A DNA stretch of 61,997 nucleotides, filler included, from Platydemus manokwari (lineage: Eukaryota), in NCBI GenBank assembly GCA_037951405.1. It is 6 parts of 6 records of this genome, joined end to end, with 100 filler letters (N's around TTAATTAATTAA, not from the genome) between each part and the next. Parts side by side here need not be neighbours in the genome. Positions count along the whole stretch, not along the records: positions 53,039 to 61,997 come from JBBMOY011322315.1; 5 more parts are not named here. One strand, 5' to 3'. Made by a program: the position numbers and the translations under genes. Of the stretch, positions 53,128-61,997 are shown in pieces (positions within the stretch are counted from its first letter, which is position 1; every line of letters starts with the position of its first letter). Below the pieces are notes generated by a model. The model made no database searches and was not told the origin of the DNA. It was given only the letters and a program-made list of their open reading frames with translations.

Positions 53128-56100
53128 GAAGACCTAAATCGATAAGTTTTTTGTAATAATAAGCTGTCATCACCTTAAAACCAAAATAAACACTGAAAGT
53201 AAATAACGAAACAGTGGGAGGTCTAACATATGAAAATACTCAACAGGAAATAAGAAATAAAATCGTGACTTTAGCTATTAAAAAATCACATTCCGCGAAA
53301 CTGAGAAAACATAAGTGTAGAAAAGATGATATTTACAACTGGGTTACCGACAACGAGTTGAGATACAAATTTCTACTAGCAATCTCAATATATCTGATAA
53401 TTCGTTAATGGACAGAACTACAACACGTGGTTCAAACATATCAGGTGCGGATGAAGCCACATGTTCGGTAGTAATAATACTGTGGAGGTGCTGGAATAGA
53501 GATTATATGCAATTTAGAATGCATTAAACTCCATTAACAATATTCTGGTAGCCCCACCAATTTTTTTGTACTCACTTTATGTTTTAAAAAGCTATTACCG
53601 GGCAATGTATGCCACTGTTATGCGGATGCATTAATCGCTGCAATATTGGTTGATAATTTGTTTGCTATATCATCTCAAATATTATATAACATCGACGTGA
53701 CAACAATCGAAACAAACGTTATTAGCAATGTCTGAGTTCGAACAGCTCAATTGAGTATGATAAGCGAATATAATAGGTGGTGTAAAATGTTGTATTTTCG
53801 TACTTGTTTGTGTGAGAAAAAAAATACTTATCATTATCGATTTCTATTTACCGTACGAGATAATCAAACATGGCATGATAGAAACAATGAGCACGATTAA
53901 TTGTGACAGAGTTTTGAAATCGGTAATTCATAACAATTAAGGATCATTCCGAATTTATGAAAAATTCACAGTGAACTTCAGGACAACTATGTTCAATTTT
54001 TGAAATGTTATATTTTTGTGTTAATTTCTTCAGAAAATATATTTTATATTGAGCAAGAAATTAATCCATTAATCCTTCATACATTTAGCAGGAGAAACTT
54101 TTATTCAATATTATAGAATTATGGCTTATAATTCATCTAAATCTAAGAATTTCAAATATCGTCTTCTCTTACTATTATTTGAGCTTCAACATTGAATTTA
54201 ACTTTGTGTTTTTGTAGGAATCTCAGAAGTTATCAACAAATATTATTATCATTTTTATAAGATTATTATCAATGAACGTTATAAAAAAATTTTAAAACAT
54301 AAAATTAAAACATTAAAAGACAATTTATTGGTCATTATTTTCAAACGGGATTTTGGAAATCTACGACTTGATATTCTGTCCGAAATCGAAGATCTGATAA
54401 AATAGACTTCTTAAAAATATTTAACCCTCATCAAGAACTGGAATGGAGACGTTGAAAATGAATTCATTCATTGATTAATATTCTAACGGTATATGTTCAC
54501 AATTAAAATTATTTTCATGAAATTATTTAAGTTAATAACTGCGGTTTCGGGATCACGGTGCTTGGAGTTTAAAGGTAAATCAGTGCCGAAATCGATATAC
54601 AAGACTGGTCAAATTGAAAGATTTTCATATCAATACAAAACTAAGATATGAAATAGGATTTTGCTTAGTTACAATATGTGTTCTCTGGTGAATAGTGAAA
54701 CTGTCATAATATAACTATATGCATAACGTAACGCTAGTGATGTGATGATAGTGGTAATCGTATATTTCGATAGAAGGATTGTGTTTTATTATTAATGAGA
54801 ATTTGTTATATAGTAAGAAGTCAGATAGGAAAATCAGAACCGTATTATTTATAGTTATTATCATTTGATATAATAAGAAACAATCTGTTTTACTTAGATA
54901 GAGAACCTTAATTAATTAATTTGATGTTGTTATGGCCTGTGGTCAACGGAATTGTCGAGTATTTTAATTTTTTTCTTGGCCTGTCATTTATATTGATCAA
55001 TCTCAAATATCCAATTGCAAATATCTGGTGCCAATTTGATATGTTTTAGAAAAAAAATCTAACTTCTATCCTTAATCATCATCAATTATTTAAAACAAAT
55101 AAATTATTGTATTTTTGAAAAGGGCATATAATATGTAAACTTAACTTTCTCCTTTTCCCATGACAATCGAACGAGTTCCGTTTTCAAATTATCGTTGTAT
55201 TAAAAATACATTTAAAAAGTTGATAACGCGTAATAAACTGATGATCATACTACTAAAATCATCTCAGAAATACGTGAACGAGTACTATTAGCGAAAGAGG
55301 AAAATATTGAAAATCTAGAAGTGTTTCGTTTCAATGGATTATGTAGTCATGAAAGGTGTTCATTGTCAATGTTTAGCGATAGATTTTTGGCTATTCTCTC
55401 AGACACTCATCATTAGTGATTTATTGTTCTTGAGGTTGACCAAAAACTTTTAATTATAGAAAAAAGGGCAGCGAGAGGGAAGAATTGCTATTAAATATCT
55501 GTTGAATATTCTGCTTATTCTTTCATTTCGAGTCTTTAATTTCATTTCTTGATTTCGTTTCATGTTTATTTCATGAGTAATTAATATTGTATTATATTTA
55601 TCGAAATTTCTTTTGTATTTTTTCGTTAATTTTAATGGATTTTTTATTTTTTTTATTTAGCTCTAGAGAATAATATTTTCGTCCAGAAATCATGAAGAAA
55701 CCAAACATAATATTGAAAAAATTAATGTTTTGAAAAGATTTGGAAACAAATTAAATTCATTTGATCGAAAGACGGAAACTTAGCGTAAAGTCACGACACA
55801 AAATTATATTTAATTGCACTTATCTAGACAAATAAATATATATAAAATCGGATTATAAAATTTTTAAATTCATATTTTAAAAATCATTATCATCATTTTA
55901 AATTCCTCTTTCTCTAAAATTTTATATTTTATTTCCATTCTTAATTATCTCTCTATCAAATTCTATATATATTTAATTATATAACATTTTTTATTTCTGC
56001 TATCTACTTCTTCATACCTTCTCTTTCTCTACTATATAACTTATCATCTATATAATTCTATCTTCTTTACATTTTTTCTTTACCTTATCTATTTCTTCCT

Positions 56101-57749
56101 CCTTCTTTTCTATATTTTATGTCATGGATCTTCTCAGAATCGAATCCAAATCCACGGTCTCCATGTAAGCTACTACTGTTTTGTAAAGCACGTATTGATG
56201 ATCAACTGAAAAATCACGACGCAATGTTATATTTGTCTACAAACTTTTCAATTCATTTTTTACAAAAATTATTGTCTCATCTTAAAATTCTCAAAAATAA
56301 ACTTTATAGATTAGCTCGGAACTTATGTGCCTAAAAGTGAATAATTTTTTTCACAAAATATCTTTTGTAATTCTTCATTAAGTCTAACTTTCAATTGTTG
56401 AGGCACAACTTCAGTAAATATGTTTTAATGGTCTAATCTTTTGGAAAGCTTTTCGATTCTATTTCATCCGATCTTTCGATTTTTAGAAACAGCCTATATA
56501 ATATTTGCAGCTTCAAAAGATTGTGTTGATTCTAGTATTCTATTTTTAATCGGTTTCGTAATGCTTTCAACTCATCAGTTAAGAATAGAACAACAATCTT
56601 AACCCGTCACCATTTCACTTACATTCAATGTAACTTACCCTTTATCCATGAGATATGAGTGACCGATATCTTCATTTTGAGAATTAAGCCAATTATAATC
56701 GGACCTTACATTTCTATGAAAATTGATCAAAATGATGGATTTATTAACGAAGGAATCTCATAATAATTGTAAATTCTTTCTGGTATCATATAGATTGAGA
56801 TTAAATCAAATCGGTTTTACTGTTAGTTGGAATCGTTTGAGTTCCAATAACATTTTCAATTGTTTCCAAAGGTTGATGTTTGTTATTCGGAAAACAACAA
56901 GAGTTAGTACAGAATCTGCTGATAAGGCATAGATAGCAATTTTCTGGATGGAAGTTTTCATTATCTCTTGATATTTATTTTCCTAACTTTTTCCTACACT
57001 AAAGATCGATTAATTTTCCTAAATCATTCGAAAATTTCCGAAAAATGTTAGAAAAATTGGCATCTTCTTCAACGGTTTTAACAAATCATCTAATAAAGAA
57101 AATTATTTACTTTCTCAATTTATTTATTGAAAATAAAATTTTGTTTAACTGGTTAAACCGAACTGACTTTGACCAGTTAAATATCGACCAGAAAACCTTG
57201 ATTGATTTTCTTAAATTCATTACAAAATGCCTTGCACAACAAAATATATTATTCTCTAATTTTGATCTTAACAGTCTATTTAAAAGTTAGCTGACTCCTA
57301 AGAGAACAAAATAGCAAGGATCTACTAATACAAGATCTTGATTTTAAAATTCATTGAAGTTTAGAGAACTTATGCACTATCGGATTAATGTTATCTAAGT
57401 GGTACACACATATATAGTCTAAAAATAGCTTTATATTGAACTCATCTTCGAACATGAAAATTTTAATGTTTAAACCATCTCCAGTAACAGCAGCTCTTGG
57501 ATTAATCGAAGTATCGAAAAACGAAACTAAAAGTAACAATTCAGCTCAAATTTTAAACTTAACTGTTATATTTGTGGATTTTGTATAATCTATTGATTGA
57601 ATAACGTAAAATCATTTTAGATTCTTGATTGGTTATTGATTTTATTGTTCGACATTTTAGTGATTGAAAGTTAGTAAATTGCAACTAAAAATAAATCGCC
57701 TTTGTTCTGAATTGAGATGAATCGAGGAAATTATCATGTTACGGAGATA

Positions 57750-58850
57750 AGTAGTAGATATGAAGCAATCGACAGCAAATAAATGGCAGGCTGTTTGCGT
57801 TGTGCTTACCGTTAAAAATTGACATCACATCAAAGTCCACACACGACTCAATCGAAGTATTTAAAATCCAGAAAACACATAAAAAATTCTGTTTTAATAA
57901 ATCTTTTGATAAACGTTATTGTTAAATGTTGGGCATGGATTGCCTAAGATGTCTGTATAAAACGAATCAAGGTTTGTCGTTATAAAACACTATTTTTATT
58001 ATTGTTTCATAATGTTTTTTCACGACGATTTTTACACAAAATTTAGTCCACCAGAAATTAACTTTAATTTTTTTATTGAATTTATTCTATCGACCATACT
58101 TCTTCACCAAACTTCTTTGTCGATATTTTCTCATATTTTTACTTTATCCGAACTGCTCACGTTAGTTGCTTTCGATTTTCGAACTTCTTATATTTCATGG
58201 TATTTCAATCTGAAGACCGAGAAGGAAAATCCAACAAACCAATGTCCTTTTCAGGAAATAATGTCCACCTATGTTTGGACTAAGGCTTTTGGGTCTTGAC
58301 ACGAATACTGTTGTATAAAAATATATTATTAGTATTTTCCTTAATAACTTTTCGATGTCGATTCCAATATGTATTCTCAAATAAATACTCCCGGCCCATA
58401 CTTAATTGGCGAAAGATAAATTTTCATTTCTAAGACTGTATTTCTTTCTACACCTTGATAACGACAATTTAGTGAAAACCGATTTAATTTTAGTTTAATC
58501 ATTCCATATAACACAACTCTATTCTCTGTTCTCCCACGAAAATAAATTAAAGGTCAGGCTCTAATGGTCTTTCTAAGTGCAATTCTAAGTACGAGATCTG
58601 GCACTTGTTTCTATAGTCTTGACTAAAATTCTGCACATCTTGAATGACCTGGTCCTCGCAAAACAGTGTCGTGTCCATGTTTTTTTCTAAACGTTGTTCT
58701 TTATAGATCTTTGACATTGGTCTTCACCAGATTCTACGTTATCTTTTATCTGCTCTTTTTCCACGCTGATAATTTCCAAGTTACGAATAGCTTTCACATC
58801 ATTCATATCCATATTAAAAATCTTAAATTATATTTTGGTGAGGAAATCTC
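57750..58850 (-). mobile_element. Very decayed Ty3/Gypsy gag-pol remnant
   Basis: Minus-strand traces in the expected order: frameshifted zinc knuckle (CF../GPGHSRC, ~58650), IVVKK (~58020), SMPNI (~57930), QTA (~57790). Confidence 0.35.
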
Positions 58851-61800
58851 AAATTCTTTTAAATTTGCCCATTTTTCAATTTCCCGGTACTTTATTTAAA
58901 AATCAATATTTTTACAAAAAATTATAGATTTTTAATAAAACTTTAGCGATTTTTTCCAACCTTACGTTTTTATCCGACAGTGTATATACATATACAATAA
59001 GATAAAAATCAAAATATATGTTGATATTATAATATTTAAAATATGCTTAATAATAAAGCTATTTTTAGGAAATTCAGATACAATTTAGTGTTGTCATCTG
59101 CTGCAGAGATTAGCGAGAGAATTGAGCAATGTGAACTCCACAACTGATATTGTTGATATTCAGATTAATATCGTAATCATAATTGATATATATTTTTCGG
59201 TTTATTGGTTGTTAGTTTGATATCAAACATATGATCTAATAGTTATTAAAATCTATCCGACCATAATCGATAACAAAGTATAGCAATTGCAGGCAATGAA
59301 TGGTGTAAAACATTCTATCGTTTTTATATTAAAAATTATGTACAAATATATTTCGTTACTTTGCTTTGGGTTTTGTAAAGGGGCAACTAATGCAACCAGT
59401 ATTGTCAACGAGCTCTCCAATTTACCAAAAAATACTGACCATGAATAAGGTATCAATTATTCACTGTTCTTGAAGCTCCGTGGCTCAATGTAAACGAAAA
59501 AAAAAGTTGGAGAAATTAAAAATAGAAATTTCCGCATTCCATTTGCATGCAATACCAATATTATTCTGGGTTGATTTTAAAATTTAATGAAGCAGATGTT
59601 CTTCATACGTGAATTCATTATTTGATTATTGTTGTCGTGGCTCATTGATTTTGAATTTATATTTATCTATGAATTTCTTGATGCCAAAATTAGAATTGGT
59701 TTCATTGTTTATTTTCTTCATTAAATATTTGTTGTAATTATGGTGGTTTTGTCTAACACATGTCTGCTGGATGGAATAATGGGAATAAATGGTTTGTAGT
59801 TCCATATTGGTGGGTTGACCTTAAATGAGGTTCTATGCGTGAGTGAATTTTGTCACACCTTAATACCATATCGATACCATATCACCTGTGTTGATGTTGT
59901 TAACAATCATTCGATGTAGGGGGTTTCGAACCCTCCTAATTGTTTGGAAAAAAGGTCCTAAATAGAAAAATATTTGTAAATATTTATAAAACTGGAGCTA
60001 ATTCATCATATGAAAGAAATGATTTTATTTTGTTTTAATTGTTTATGAGATATAAAAATAAATAAACGGCCATTGTAATATTTTTGAAACCTTTATTAAA
60101 ACCACAGTTATTCAGCTCGTCAATTTGAGTTCCAAAGATTCCTGAATCTGGTAGCGTGATAATTTCTAATAAATGATAATAAAAGAGGAATTATTTCCAT
60201 AAAATTCAAAATTAAGACCATCTAGCACTTCAAAAACGGTGATATTATTATTGAACGATACGCGTTAATGATGGGCAAACGATAAATGTTTTCTCCGATA
60301 TTACTGACTGGGAAGATGAATTGATGAAGCTACGTGATGATATTAATTTTGAATTGACCTTAATAGTTTTTAGAAATTTCGATCGAAAGAGCGGAAATAA
60401 AAACATGACAAAAGCACGATCTCAATTTCATTTCTTTGCTCAGATACCTCATATCCGTTAGTAACTGATATTTTGTTGTCGAATAGCTTCATTGTGTTGA
60501 ATTCTTTTCCATTGGATTTGTCCGTGAATGACTGACAATCAAATCATGATTCCGATGCGGTTTCGAGCATTAATAAGTGAATCCAACAAAAATCAGGAAA
60601 TGTCAAGCCAATTTGATATTCTGTGAATGAAAAGTGTTTATCAATTTATTGGAAAAAATAAATTATCGGAAAATAATCTGTAAACGTTGTTTTAATTGCG
60701 ATGCTTGGATAAAGTTGCTGATAATGATAAATATAAATATAATATAATAATATATTTATTATCTCTGACAAATTGGATAACTTTTCTCACGTACTTCTTT
60801 TCGTTTTAACTTCATTTAACTTCACTGGATTCAAACAAACCCAAGCATCGTTTTGATTGGCTAAATCGATAAGACATTTTTATTTCTCATTAAAATATCA
60901 ATAATTCATTGAAATATTGGAATCGAATATTATCAAGTGGAACTGTCTGGCAGCATTGTAGACAAGTGTACGAAACATTCTCCCAATGACGAATTCTCTG
61001 ATACAGCTGTTCTGAAACAACTGAAAAATATAAATCTAAACCGTTTCTCCAATTTGTTCCAGTTTTGGAAATCATTTCAAGTAGCACCTGAATAAAAGTT
61101 GAATGACTCTGCGAAATGTCAATTAGGAGAATATCAATACGTGAAAGGTTATTTGCCATGTAATCGATCGAAGGCGTTAAACGATATTTATTCGATGATC
61201 GATGGTAATCAATGAATACAATAAACATAGGTCGACATTACAAATCACAAGCGATTGAGTAATAAAATTATTCATTTCTATAATATTAATTTTTCTTGAC
61301 AGCTCATTTACACATGTTCCGTCATGAGTGCGCCATTTTCTCACGTGGCTATCTGATTCTCGCTTCGAGATTGAATTGTTTTACTACAGTGAATACCACT
61401 TGAATAATAACCATGTTAATGAATATATTATCATACTTGATTTGGCAAACATTCCCATTATATTATGGCATAAATTATTCTCTAGTGGTCACATTCACCA
61501 AGAGACCTTTAATGGATTATCAAGACCTCAGATTGAGAAATAAATAATCGAGTTTTGTGTTTGGGTGAAATGTTTCTCATTATTATTAATAGACCACTCA
61601 AAAAACATGTCATCGATTTTTTTTTAACAAATAAATTGATTATTACGCTCTTCTTATCGACTACTAATTGGGAAATTAATTTTCTATTTACTGTGTTCAT
61701 TGGAATTCTGATGGTTTTTTTGGTGTTAATTATTCATGGATAATGAGAATTAATCAAGATATCATATACAATATCCATGGCAACATTTCATATGAGAGAG

Positions 61801-61997
61801 GTGTTTTGGTCAATATGTATATGTAAGGGTGCCTAAATAAAATATAATTTCCAATATTTCTTTTAATTTTAACTATTTAAACAAATAATAGAAATAAATC
61901 ACTTTTTAAATATGAGAAAAATATAAAAATCAATAACTCTTCTTCTTGTTTTCATTGAAAGAAATTTTAATTTTCTCGAATTTGTTTAAATTAATTT

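Noticed and set aside
53200-53720. Possible fourth non-LTR 3' remnant (C..YCGG..E..C)
   Set aside because: Motifs are too degraded to assign by eye.
60890-61228. 112-aa minus-strand ORF
   Set aside because: No motif, the opposite strand is also partly open, and no splice partners were found. It cannot be supported as a gene.

Overview
Very AT-rich eukaryotic DNA, not prokaryotic. It has spliced genes with 46-51 nt GT-AG introns and many decayed transposons; a flatworm (planarian-like) source is plausible but is inference only. The window is six pieces of about 10 kb joined by an artificial 100-bp spacer (N44-TTAATTAATTAA-N44), so adjacency across those joins cannot be trusted. Supported genes: (1) an intronless FAAH-family amidase lacking two of three catalytic residues, so a probable pseudoenzyme; (2) a five-exon, 3'-incomplete CREC-family (calumenin/reticulocalbin-like) secreted EF-hand protein with an expanded His/Asp-rich N-terminus; (3) an intronless protein with a RING finger at each end; (4) a tentative 3-exon coiled-coil gene. 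Mobile DNA includes three copies of an R2/NeSL-group non-LTR retrotransposon with a restriction-like endonuclease (RLE). Two copies are head-to-tail and the array's 3' end abuts a 5'-truncated tRNA-Ala(CGC)-like sequence, suggesting tRNA targeting. Also present are pogo/Tigger, mariner, hAT-Charlie and Gypsy-like remnants and a dispersed repeat of about 550 bp. A GC-elevated non-coding block at 21.5-22.3 kb is dense in Pbx/Hox/Meis and TCF motifs.
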